DNA of 64,000 nt from Octopus sinensis (lineage: Eukaryota), in the NCBI RefSeq assembly GCF_006345805.1, contig NC_043000.1, forward strand, positions 90,830,001 to 90,894,000, given 5' to 3'. Shown here in pieces: positions 35,895 through 48,300 of the stretch (within the stretch, counting starts at the first letter, position 1; each line of letters starts with the position of its first letter). The translations under genes and the position numbers were made by a program. Under the pieces are notes generated by a model that saw nothing but the letters and a program-made list of their open reading frames with translations, was not told the DNA's origin and made no database searches.

Positions 35895-36065
35895 GATAGT
35901 GGTGGATCTCCGTCGTTTAACGACGACGATTCAGCTGTTCGATCAACTGAATTGCCTACTCCTGCATAAACGTGTAAATGGCTGAGTATTCCGTGGGAAC
36001 GTGTTCCCTTAACGTAATTTTCACACCGAATCAGCGTAACACAGTGAGTGTAATAAAAATGCCCC
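35895..36065 (-). mobile_element. 3' part of CORE-like SINE
   Basis: Reverse complement similar to 45930-46125 (gtcacactc..gctgaatc..ctcagccacttgcac..ccgtcgttgtcgtaaccgacggag). Confidence 0.6.
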
Positions 36066-36256
36066 TTTTCAGTTTACTGCTACAATTTACCTGTGATGGT
36101 TGGATGGGGTTATTTACAGTCTTAGTTCGCACAGTTTCATTCAAAAACTGCCGGTTGAGAATATGACTTTTTCTGAATAAGCTACGCAAAGAAGAATAGA
36201 AACCTGATCTAATAGTGCTGAAACAAGATTCCAAACCATTTGATCATACTATATTA

Positions 36257-37104
36257 CACAGAGAAATGCGAGCAAGGGAAATTATATTCATCAGATTATA
36301 AACCTGGAAAATTACAGGACAAGTTATTAACACTTGGAAAAGTTCAAGACATCTTACTACATCTGGTAAAGCACAGAACAAGAAAAATTTTACTTAAGCC
36401 ATTGCAGCTAAGGATAAAATTTCAAATAAAATATTTAGATTTAGAAAATATTAGTTTTATTGAAACTAAAAAAATTATTACAAGTTATTACTTATAATTG
36501 TTATTACTTGTTACTTCTATTAAAAATTAAAATATAACTCAATTGAAATATTTTTTTAATTATTGATTAATAATTAGACATTTGAAAATAGGTTATTAAA
36601 ATAATAGTAGTACATATGCAGTTAGTACAATAAATAGAATAATTCAAAAATTAGTTATATATTACAGTAAAATCTACTTATAACAACAAATTCACAGTAA
36701 AATTTGCTTGAGCTTATTGCCAAATCTTCACAGTTTTAATCTTGACCCAATGTCAATTTTTACATAATGAATTTGCCTACCATATATACTATTCTACTTT
36801 GCATAAAACTTTAGCTATATTGGTACTTCTGACTCTCATTTTTCAAAGTATTCTAGTGTGTCAATATTTTAACAAAATGATTGTAACTTTTTAAATTATA
36901 ATGTGACTGTAAGTTAAAATCAAATATTTTTTATTATTCACATTTTATCCTTAGCTGCAATATTTTAAATAAAACTTTTCTTGTTCTGTACTTTACCATA
37001 TGTAATAAGTTGTCCTGAACTTTTCCAAGTGTGATAACTTGTCCTGTAATTTTCCAGGTTTATAACGTTAAGAATATTATTTCTCTTGCTCGCATTTTTC
37101 CACG
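36257..37104. mobile_element. Foldback/MITE with ~185-bp terminal inverted repeats
   Basis: 36257-36443 is the approximate reverse complement of 36916-37104 (shared aatgcgagcaag, ttataaacctggaaaattacaggacaagttat, cagaacaagaaaa, tgcagctaaggataaaat); AT-rich non-coding core. Confidence 0.8.
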
Positions 37105-38051
37105 AAATCCATGTTTTTCCCAGGCTATGCTATTATGCTAATTAATAATTTGCCAAATGTGTCAATTAGCGGCGCCATTGATAACTTTTCCTTACCTCAA
37201 TGACGCCGGTGACATATATTAAAAGTTCCCTTATAGAACTATATTCATAAAAAAAGTATAGAACTATACTATCACCCTCAAATTTGAGAAAAAAACACTC
37301 ATTACGTTTTTCTTTTAAAACTTCATTGCATGAGATTGATACCATGGAATTCCTTGAATTGAGCTCTATCATTTATGCTTAATTAAATGATAGCTTGTTT
37401 TTAAAATAAAAAAAAATAACTATACTTAAATCCAATTTTTTGGCTTATATTTTTTACTTATACTTTTTTGATACAAAGTTTAGTTGCATGGGACCAAGAC
37501 TATGAAATTCTTCATGCTTTCTTCTCTCATTGAAGCTAAGATAAATATATTTTGCTTTTAAAATAAAAAAAAAGTTATTTAGATCTAAACTTGATTGGTG
37601 GTGTTACTTACTATAACGTTGCTATAAATTTTGATGTAAACTTTTTTCTGCTGGATCACATATCAATTTTTGTAATGCCAAAATGTAGCTAGGGACCAGC
37701 CCTCTTCAAAAATGTTAACAGTTGTTACTTTGGTTAAGGACTGAATTACCGACAAGCTCTGAAACATGCTGCGTGTGAGTAAATTGCGATCTTAAAAATA
37801 TCATTCAACTACGGTAGTAGTTGAATGATAGACAGTGTGCAAGTATAAATTAGTGTATCTTTGTTTCATTCAATCATTTTGTCATATAAAGAAAGAAAAA
37901 CGGAAGATGAAAAAACAAACGATTTGAAAGATGAAAAAAGAAAATAACCTGAATGAATAATGAATGAATAAATGAGAGCAAGGACAAAAATGAAATATAC
38001 ATACATACCTACATACATGCATACATACGAATATATATATATATACATACC

Positions 38052-38082
<31 letters not shown>

Positions 38083-38172
38083 CTAGCAGCATTCTTAGAG
38101 TGTAGACATGTTGGGGTACCCCGTTTGAGAGTTTTATTTGAATACATCTGTCCCCTGTAATTTGCATGATAC

Positions 38173-38269
38173 CTATCTCCTTGATGTTGTGAAATGCAAA
38201 ACGCAAAATGATCGCCCCACTCCTTCGGTCTAAAGTCCTTAACATCATCAATTACAAACGCTAAAATAC
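38173..38269 (-). CDS. Candidate exon: ILAFVIDDVKDFRPKEWGDHFAFCISQHQGD
   Basis: Acceptor ttttttcttcacaccggcggtgcag, donor AG|gtatca, 97 nt, protein-like composition; no recognisable domain. Confidence 0.3.
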
Positions 38270-38479
38270 CTGCACCGCCGGTGTGAAGAAAAAATATCTT
38301 GGTATATTGATTATATAGTCGGGAATTCGATATGAATTCCTGGCACAAATGACTGGTATTTAATGTAGTCCTGTTACCTATCTCTAATACAATGTATTGT
38401 GTGTATTTTCGTTGAGAAAATGTATTAGACAAAAATGAAACTGAAGATATCAGTATGGTATAAGTTTAATATAGGGTTC

Positions 38480-38645
38480 ATATATTGGCACAAGGCTAGC
38501 AGTTTTGAGCCAAGGGCCTAAGTCGATTAACTCGACCTCAGTGTTCAACTGGTACTTATTTTATCGACCTCGAAATGAAGGAAGTCAAAGTCGACCCGTG
38601 CGGGATTTGAACGCAGAGCGTACAGACGGACGAAATGCCTCTAAG
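38480..38645 (-). mobile_element. OK-like SINE, 5'-truncated
   Basis: ggcacaaggctagcag tail...aaagtcgacccgtgcgggatttgaac. Confidence 0.75.
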
Positions 38646-39192
38646 CATAAGATTAATATTACTTACAGTTGTATCAGTACCACTCCATTTTGGACCTCAT
38701 TATACATAAATATTTTTGAGTGTGCTATTACTCACGACCTATATACTTGAGTGTGGTAAAAAAGAGTGAAGACAAAAAAAAAAATGCGTGGCGCCTGATC
38801 CAAATGGAAGAGTCCATATCAAGTAGTATCTGAAACTCAATTCTGGTTCTCCATGATGTCCTTTCTTGTTGCTAAATCTGCAAAATAGTCTGGTATATAA
38901 ATGTGTGTATATGGATATTTGAAAGCATATACAGCGGAGACTGCAGCCGATATAAAATCATCACATTGTTACGCTAAATGAAAAAAAAATGGCGTTATGT
39001 GGCAAATCAGAGAAACTATGTTGGATCATCTGACTCTTGATGACGCTGTAACAAATAAGGTATTGGTATATCTCAGGCAACATAGTTCTGGTCTAGTACA
39101 GAGAGATAACAGGGTAACGCCGTTAGAGAGGGCCTATTGGTAGTGTGTAGTCTGTGTATAGTCTTGTTGCTAGTTCTTAAAGTAATAGGCCA

Positions 39193-39231
39193 AGTGAGCA
39201 CTTTCGGATATATGATCCTTCATCAGACGTC
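39193..39231 (-). ncRNA. Degenerate minimal hammerhead motif, separate family
   Basis: Minus strand gacgt-CTGATGA-a-ggat(catat)atcc-GAAAG-TG-CTC-acttg. Core and stem II intact; stem I only partly paired. Confidence 0.4.
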
Positions 39232-39570
39232 CCATGGTGGTTATTACTGCTAGCGTTAGCGTTTATTACTGCTGGCGTTGGTTAGAGGTTCCGGAGGATC
39301 TAAATGAACTTCCAGCTGTCATGTTCATTCCGGTGGTTATCAACGAGGTCACAACAAATGCTAAAAGTAAACAGATCAAATTCGTTCACTAGCGGAATAA
39401 GGAAAAAATTCTGGCTTAACCATTGATGGTGGAGATGGTGGTGGGACTTCTACTTTTCATAGTTATTTAAAAATGTGTTTCCTGAAGACACACATTATGT
39501 ATGTATGTATGTATGTATGTATGTATGTATTATGTATGTATGTATGTATGTATGTATGTATGTATGTATG

Positions 39571-39610
<40 letters not shown>

Positions 39611-39887
39611 AGTGTCTGTCTGTCTGCCTATCTATCAGTGACTGTCTGTTTGCCTATCTATGTCACTCTCTTTCCCCTCCCTGTATATATATATATATAT
39701 GTATATATATAGTTGTGTCTGGGGAGAGTAACTTTCTTTTTGTGCCTTATAATTTAACGCAAGTGGAAATTTTACCGGTGAGTGTGTTAAATTATAAGGC
39801 ACAAAAAGAAAGAAAATGACTCTCCCCAGACACAACAGAATATGCTTCAACACATGAACTCATATAAAGAATCTTGCAAACCAAATC

Positions 39888-39950
<63 letters not shown>

Positions 39951-39996
39951 TTATAAAATATAAACGTGATCTTTAGTTATACAAACGGAAGATATA

Positions 39997-40037
<41 letters not shown>

Positions 40038-40068
40038 ACGTGTGTTTGTGTGTGTGTGTGTGTGTGTG

Positions 40069-40353
40069 AAGGCGCATGTGGTTAGAGCGTCGAGCTTACA
40101 ATCGTGAGGTTGTGAGTTCGACTCCCGGGCCGGGCTGCGTGTTGTGTTCTCGAGCAAGACACTTTATTTCACTAAGCTGTAGAAATGAGTTGCAACATCA
40201 GTTGTGCCAAGCTGTATCGGCCTTTACCTTTACCTTGGATAACAACAGTGGTGTGGAGAGAGGAGGCTGGTATATTCATGGGCGACTACTGGCCTTCCAT
40301 AAAAAAACCTTGCTCGGACTTGTACCTGGGAGGATAACTTTCTAGGTGCAATC

Positions 40354-40356
<3 letters not shown>
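40069..40356 (+). mobile_element. tRNA-head CORE-like SINE with LINE-like 3' end
   Basis: ggcgcatgtggttagagcgtcgagcttacaatcgtgaggttgtgagttcgactcccggg (boxes A/B), then tgtgttctcgagcaagacactttatttc (CORE-like). Confidence 0.8.
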
Positions 40357-40429
<73 letters not shown>

Positions 40430-40665
40430 AATTATATACGCATTCATGTCCATATATAGTATAAAATTGGCCACTTACACATAAATATCGAAAATGTTTA
40501 TGTTTATGGACGCAGACATAGACATTATTATGAGTCCTTATCCAGTAAATTTTTTTAAATATCATCATTTGAGTTTCATCCTATTGTGTGGCACTTTGTC
40601 AAGCGATGGCGAGGGACAAACACAGACACACAATCATGATATCTACCTATCTGTCTCTCTCTCTA

Positions 40666-40709
<44 letters not shown>

Positions 40710-40731
40710 GACACCATACACAAATATCAAA

Positions 40732-40832
40732 TATGCCTTCTTTGTTCTCTGTATCATTCGCCTTATCCATTGTGTTCATATATATATATGCACACAACGG
40801 ATAAGACGAATGATACAGAGAATACAGAAGAC

Positions 40833-40835
<3 letters not shown>
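40732..40835. repeat. 104-bp imperfect palindrome centred on (TA)n
   Basis: Arms 40732-40775 and 40792-40835 are reverse complements with about 5 mismatches; loop contains the palindrome catatatatatatg. Confidence 0.85.
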
Positions 40836-40877
<42 letters not shown>

Positions 40878-41999
40878 GCACACACACACACATATAGAGA
40901 TATACATGCGCGCCGCGCGTGTATGTGTCTACATGTGTATGTGTAAAGGTGGGTAAATGTAAACATACATTATCTTCGGAATTGTGTGAGAATTCTGAGA
41001 CTGGCAATATGGAAAAAGAAAAGTTTAAAGTTTCTCGAAACTTGGAGACTGATGAGTTGATGGTTTGGCAGCTCTGTTGGTAACAGTAGTATCCGTGGGT
41101 GAGTGGGAGTAAGCGGCGTGAGGCTGGAAGTTTACATTCGAAGTTTAGAATTTCCTACAACAAATTAGCTTTTATGGTTAAAAATGGTACCATCAACACT
41201 ACAGTCGATCCGATTCTCATATTGTACATACTCATTCTAAAAGGCTGCTGGTTTCAGGAAAGATAAAACGTTATTTAGCTCGCTTGCATAGCTAGCAAGA
41301 TAGCTAGCTAGCCATAGCTACATTCCAAATGGAATTTTCGAATGTCTTCAGCCAGAAGGCAGAAAGCGCAATAATAAATAATGGATTCTGTGGAGTTTAA
41401 AGCAAAGAATTCTCAGACAGAAAAGCATTTTCAAGGTTTATCTTTAATTCTAGTATTACTTTGGAAATAAATGGTTACTAGAGAAAATCCTTTCAAAGAA
41501 ATAGGTTTTCAAAATGCTGGAACTTCTTTAAATAAGTACTAAGTTAATTTGAACAAGTTTAAAATGCGGGACTAGCTTTCAGTAAATTAAGTCGATGTAA
41601 CAATATAAGCCATATTGTTTCAGAATCTTAAGATTTTTTTTATTGTGTCTGTTGTTTATATGTATGCATTAGTGAGACGGTCTATATGTTTATGTGTGTA
41701 TGTGTGTATGTGTCTGTATTCGCTCTTATACAAAAGCTGCTTCACGTGCACATAAAAACACACTAATACAGGTATATGCACATTGCCATAATCTCGAACA
41801 GACTGATATATGTGTATGTGTGCGCGCGTGTGCATGTATGTGTGCGTGTGTGTGTGTGTGCGTGTGTGTGTGTCAATATATGCATACATATATACATGTA
41901 TATACATATCTCTCTCTTTATATATGTATGTTTGCATACACACTTGTATATTTATACATATATATATATATATACATATATATACATACATACATATCT

Positions 42000-42040
<41 letters not shown>

Positions 42041-42076
42041 TATACATACATACACATACACACACACATATACGTA

Positions 42077-42118
<42 letters not shown>

Positions 42119-42669
42119 TACACGCACATATATGTGGGCATATATATGAATATATATATACATTACATGCATGCTTGCCTCTGGCTATCTCTAAGAGGTT
42201 GTTTTTATTGTATTAAAGTTTTTGTAACTGGATGTCTTTCGCATAAAACACACAGTGAAAGCCTGCATAGCGTACACATGCCAGTTTTACTTAGCTGACT
42301 AATATTGAAATTATTGACCAATGTATCTAAAAAGAAAAAAAATAACCACAATATAAGTGATAAAACATTTTAATTCCGAGGCACAACGTACGTTATGGTA
42401 CCTAACTAAATGCGCTGTTCTAAAATGTTTTAGTTTTTTTTCTTTTCTTCCTCTCATGATCTGAGTTCCCTTTTTCTGTGGTGTATTTTAAATTTTTTTT
42501 CATTCCGGCGATCAATAATACACCACCAACACACTATACATGCCTATACAAACCTACATACTTAATACATACCTGCATACATACATACACATACACACAC
42601 ACACATATATATATATATATATGCACACAGATACATATACATGCTTACACATACACACATATAATATAG

Positions 42670-42704
<35 letters not shown>

Positions 42705-42884
42705 ATATACATACATACACATATATATCTGTGTATATATACACACACACATATATACGTAAATGCATATACGCGCAAACGTTTATACACGTACAACGAT
42801 ACAAATACATAGTCACACATATAACATAGACACACACATATACACACATGTGCACATGATGATGAATTCCAATATTTTAAATTT

Positions 42885-44640
42885 GGGTTTGTCCTCGTTA
42901 ACGGTGTGGCCGGATTTATCTCACTCTTACAGCAACCGCTCTCACACCATCTCGCCATCTCACCTGGTTTTTGGCATTCTCCCTCCTCAAGTCAAACCTC
43001 CCAATATCCTCCTCCACCTGTCCCTTCCACGCTTTCTTTGGTCGACCTCGCTTTCGCAGTTCATTCACTTTAAACTCAAGCACTCTCCTCAGAACATGAT
43101 CTTCATCCTTCCTCAACACATGTCCAAACCCCCGCACTCCATTTGCCCTTGCCAGCTGTTCCACCGATTCCTCCAACCCCAGCATCTCCATCAAGTCCTC
43201 AGCCCTCCTTTTATCCAATAGTTTCACACCATGCATTTTTTCACCATTGCTCTCTCGGTCCTTCTCAAATTACCATTTCGCTTTCCCTCAGACACCATGT
43301 CTCTCCCCCCATACAGCATTGCAGATCTCGCAACTCCGATAAACCCTCCCTTCATCTTCAAGGAGAACCTTTTCCCATATAATAACGCTCCACATTCCCT
43401 GAACTTCAGTCAGCCAAGTCTCGCTATTACTGTCACAGCAGCTTCACATCCACCGCTTACATCCACCTTATCTCCCAGATAATAAAACCCTCTTACCGTT
43501 TCCACCGCGTCACATAGGATTCCCTCTGGTCCCGCCAACTCTCCAGCTCCTTTCTCACATCTTCTACAAATAATATCTCTTGGCAGTCTTGGGATCACCT
43601 TCTGCATTTTCGTATATCTACCATGAGTCCATTTCCCACATTTCGTACATAACACCGCATTTGCCATTACCCTCCTCTCACACACACCACATGCATCTAC
43701 TTTACTCACTAACATTTCTCCTTCCGCTCAGCTTACCAACACCTTTGGTTTCAGGAGGTTTACCTTCAAACCCTTGCTTTTAAACGCCTCCTTCTATTTC
43801 CGAAACTCCTCCCTCAATCCCTCCAGCGTGTCATTCATCAGGACAAGGTCATCCACACACAGTATCTCAATTATCAATCCCCCTCTTGCACTCTCCGTCA
43901 CTACATCAACCACTATTGAAAACAACAACGGTGACAACATAGATCCCTGATGCACACCAACTTTCACCACAAACTTCGCCGTCAGCACTAATCCAACTCT
44001 TGCCTTTACCCCTTCATACAAACTCATCACTGCCCTTACTACTACCTTTAGTACACCTCTGTTCCTCAATGGTCACTTAATCACCTTCCTTGGAACCCAA
44101 TCAAATGCCTTCTCCAGATGAACGAAGCACATGTACAACTCCTTATCTCGTTATTCTTCTTGCAATCTCCTTACAATGAACACTGTATCTATTGTCTCCT
44201 ATCCTAGTATAAAACCAAATTACATCTCGACCGCATCCACCGTTTTCCGAATTCTCCTCTCCAACACCCTTTCCACGGTCTTCATTGCAAGCTCCATCAA
44301 CTTCACTCCCCTATACGAACCACAACTCATCGCATCCCCCTTTTCCTTGAAGATCGATACCACCACATTTAGTGCCCAATCATCTGGCACTCCTCTTCCA
44401 TCCAGCACACCCTGTCATAGCTCCATCAACACTACAATCCCTATCTCTCCACTTTCAGTTATCATTTCCACACTTCTGAGGGACCATCAATGCTTACCAT
44501 CTCCCCAACTCTCCCCTCAAACCTTGCTCTTGTTTCTTCTTCTTTCAGTTTCCACACCTTTCTCCTCTCAACAGTTCCCTTTCTCACTAACTTTTTAACT
44601 TACTTCTTATCCAAGTCAGCAACCAACAACCTGTGCTGTA
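42885..44640 (-). mobile_element. 5'-truncated RTE-clade LINE, RT domain pseudogenised, with PHD-like finger inside RT
   Basis: ORF fragments: VPDDWALNVVVSIFKEKGDAMSCGSYRGVKLM; GVHQGSMLSPLLF..CVDDLVL (YADD equivalent); CGVC..CTKCGKWTH..CRRC..FYYLG; GFGHVLRK..RKRGRPKKAW. Motif order is that of RTE ORF2. Confidence 0.88.
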
Positions 44641-45607
44641 ACTCCCCTGGATATACATATACAAACATACACATATATACTTAGGTGCATCTTAGATGCA
44701 TATACATATATATATACACACGCGCACTCATTGGCACATATATATATACATTAGAACACACATGCATACACACACAAGCACTCACACACACATGCACGCA
44801 CAAACAAACACACACGCGCGCGTGCGTGTGCGCGCACACACATTGGCTTTTGGACGTTCGGTATGAACTCCTTCGCGTAGGTGCGTGACCTCATGAAATT
44901 TCCTCTTGTATTTGTGTAAGTTATGTAAGTTGAAAATATAAATACGTACGAAAGGAGATTGTTACTTAAACTATAACGAAATTATCACAAGTCATATGTG
45001 TGCTATGGTGTGTATGCTACAGCATGTACCTTATCTCTGCATATATACAACTATACAGCAAGTATTGATTACCTTAGGTTCATATCAACTTAAGCTTTGT
45101 GAGTAACACTGGGCAAATGAAAAATGTACTAAAGCTTGTCAAACGGTCTGGTCTTGTTTTCAGGATGTGGATCTAATCTATTATCTAGATTAATACCACC
45201 GCAGACACTTGGGTGCCTTTAATCAAAAACCAACATTGTTGTAAGCATTTAGGCCACGACGGCGTTTTGAAAGGAGCGTCTTCCTTTCCCCAATTTTATA
45301 CTTTGATAAGATTACGGCCAGTTTCTTTCTTCAACTTTAAGGGAAATACAAAACGTTATATACAATAATCACGTAAACCTCATATCTTCTATTATACAAA
45401 ACGAAATTAAAACTCTGGCCATAAGTTTAAATTTCTTGTTGTGTATTTGTTAAGACGAAGGTTTGCAACAGTGTTCTAAAAATGATTCATACCTCATAGT
45501 GCACATTTCTTTATTTATTTCCAAATGATACAAAATATCAGGGATAGCCATCGGTGACACTAAGGACGAATTAAATTAAGCTGGCGTGTGTGGAAGTAAA
45601 GACTTAC

Positions 45608-45691
45608 GGCAGGGACATAGGTTTTGACAGACACAGGGAGGAATATAGATGTTGCACGGATGGTAGTCGAACCAAGACAGAATGAAAGTGT
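45608..45691 (-). CDS. Candidate 84-nt exon, frame undetermined
   Basis: Acceptor catttcttaacag, consensus donor GCC|gtaagt; all three frames open (one reads TFILSWFDYHPCNIYIPPCVCQNLCPC). Confidence 0.25.
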
Positions 45692-45839
45692 CTGTTAAGA
45701 AATGTGGACAATAGAGCACCCTATATATTTCCATAGAAGATTCGGGAGTTTGCTTCGATGGTGGCGTAAATACATACATGCATGCATACAAACATTGCAT
45801 CAGTTATATAGTTTCTCGACTAAAAACACAAATATATAT

Positions 45840-46125
45840 GTTCGATTTCCGGCGGCGCGTTTGTGTCCTTGAGTAAGACACTTTATTTCACGTTCCTCCA
45901 GTCCACTCAGCTGGCAAAAATGAGTAGTTCCTGTATTTCAGAAGGCCCAGTCTTGTCACACTCTATGTGATGCTGAATCTCCCTGAGAACTATATTGAGG
46001 TTATGCCTAACTGTTGAGTGCTCAGCCACTTGCACATTAATTTCACGAGCAGACCATTCCATATTCCATAGAACGGATGAATGGGAACCGTCGTTGTCGT
46101 AACCGACGGAGTACCACTTTACACA
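45840..46125 (+). mobile_element. CORE-like SINE lacking most of the head
   Basis: ttcgatttcc..tgtgtccttgagtaagacactttatttcacgttcctccagtccactcagctggcaaaaatgagta. Confidence 0.75.
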
Positions 46126-46153
46126 CATGCACACACCCACGCATATGTACATG

Positions 46154-46185
<32 letters not shown>

Positions 46186-46309
46186 TATATATGCATATGT
46201 ATACATGCATATATATATATATGCATTTGTGTGTCTGTGTGTGTGTGAAGGCGTGCGGATTAGTGGTTAGGATAATCGGCTCACAATCGTAAGGTCGAAC
46301 CAGATCAGC

Positions 46310-46891
46310 ATTTTGTCAGCGGCGCGCTTCATCTCAGCTAATATGGTTTTATCATTGTCGAGCTGTTTCTTCTGGGAAGCTGTTGAAATTAAATGCCGGG
46401 ATTTATTTCTTGTATGCAGCTAGCTTTAAAACCTCTTTAAAAATATTGTGCATTGACGATTACGAAATAACAAGAGCTTTTGCAGTTTTGTTTGCCCTCT
46501 CCTCTGACGATTTTGGCTCATTCGCTTCTTCACAGCTTCAGCAGTTTGTTTGGAACGAGTTAATCGTTTCCTATCAGGAATTGGTTTGCTAGAGGTAGTA
46601 GCGGACTCCATATATCGTTTATATGTATTAAACACTGTTTTACTGCACACACGTTCAACTGTTTTGTTATATCCTTGTTGCTCACTCCAGCTGTTTTCAA
46701 AGCGACAATCTGGTCACGTTTTGCTTTCGACGCCATGTTTGTTTAAAAATCTGTTGTAGACATACGAAACAATAGTCACATGAACAAAAGACATATGAAA
46801 ATGTTTATGTAAAATGTAGATAATATTACCTGAACCGATATTCTTTAGAAAAAAGTTTTAAATATAGGTAAATCTTTGAGGGACACCTTGC
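46310..46891 (-). mobile_element. Tc1/mariner (maT-like) 5' fragment: left TIR and HTH region
   Basis: Minus strand from ATG: MASKAKRDQIVALKTAGVSNKDITKQLNVC, frameshift, SKTVFNTYKRYMESATTSSKPIPDRKRLTRSKQTAEAVKKRMSQNRQR. Terminus tgcaaggtgtccctc resembles TACAGGGTGTCCC-type TIRs. Confidence 0.7.
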
Positions 46892-47281
46892 ATATGTGAG
46901 TGTGTGAGAAGTAATATATATTACTACTTTTCCATGATTAAGTTTCATAACACACAGGGTACGGAACTTCGCTGGGAGAATATACCTCTCTTAAATGATA
47001 CCATACAGGCCCTTAAAATAGCGGGTTCCTTGAACAATACATTCACTAATACACTAAAAATACCAGCTAAGACAAAGACTAAAAACTTGGCTGGAATCCT
47101 CTAATCATATATATATGATCTTGGTCTAAATTTTTCATGAAGAGATCTGTTAAACGAAGGAAAGCGCTAATAAAGAATTATCCAAAATTCTGACTGCCTC
47201 CTGTTTCTTAATATACAGTGTCTGTCGATCTGTACACCACTTCAAACAGTCTATACACACATAAATACATACATACACACC

Positions 47282-47370
<89 letters not shown>

Positions 47371-47391
47371 TATACATATATATATATATAC

Positions 47392-47432
<41 letters not shown>

Positions 47433-47879
47433 ATATATATATATATATATGCCCAGTCAGACTGGTTTGGAGTTAAAGAACTACATAGAATATGGACATG
47501 AATAACACCAGCAAAAACATATTTTATTAGCATTATATTTGATGTCGTTACCATTGTTTTCCTGTGTTAATGTTTGTTTTCTGTTTTTTGATATTGTATT
47601 ATTTATAACATCTTTTTCCCCGTAGGATGAAACGAAAAGAAAAAAATAAACAAAAACTCAAAGAGGAAGAGAAAAATTTCGATGTTTAAAGTATTTCGGA
47701 GAAAAGTTGGCTGCATTTGAAATGTGTGTTATGCGTAGAATTGGTGGCATTGAAGAATGGTTTAATAACTGCTAGGAAAATAACGAAAGTTCTTTAATGG
47801 AAATAATTCTGTGATCGCTTTCATCGCACTACGTTCTTTTTGAAATCGCTTAATGTTCCTCGCCACAATAATAGTGAGT

Positions 47880-48028
47880 ATATTATTGAAGATGTTGATG
47901 ATGATGGTGGCGACGCTGACACCGACGAGGATAAGGATGATGATGTTAATGATAATAGTTGTGTTGTTGATGATGATGATGATGAGGAGGAGGATGGGGG
48001 TGACGATGATAGTGGTGATGACGATGAC

Positions 48029-48062
<34 letters not shown>

Positions 48063-48214
48063 TTGATGTTGATAGCGATAATGATAATGATATTGTTGAT
48101 GATGTTGCCCATGCTTTTGTTATTTGGTTGCATCAATAACAAAAACAATATCATCAATTAATAATAATAATAATAATAATAATAATCATAATAATAATAA
48201 TAATAATAATAATC

Positions 48215-48265
<51 letters not shown>

Positions 48266-48300
48266 TAATAATAATAACAACAACTATAATAATAATTGAT
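47880..48300. repeat. (GAT)n then (AAT)n low-complexity tract
   Basis: Direct observation; source of the poly-Asp/Met/Asn ORFs. Confidence 0.9.

Noticed and set aside
47840-48139. Asp-rich ORF resembling an acidic biomineral protein
   Set aside because: Plain (GAT)n expansion continuous with (AAT)n; no signal peptide or exon boundaries.
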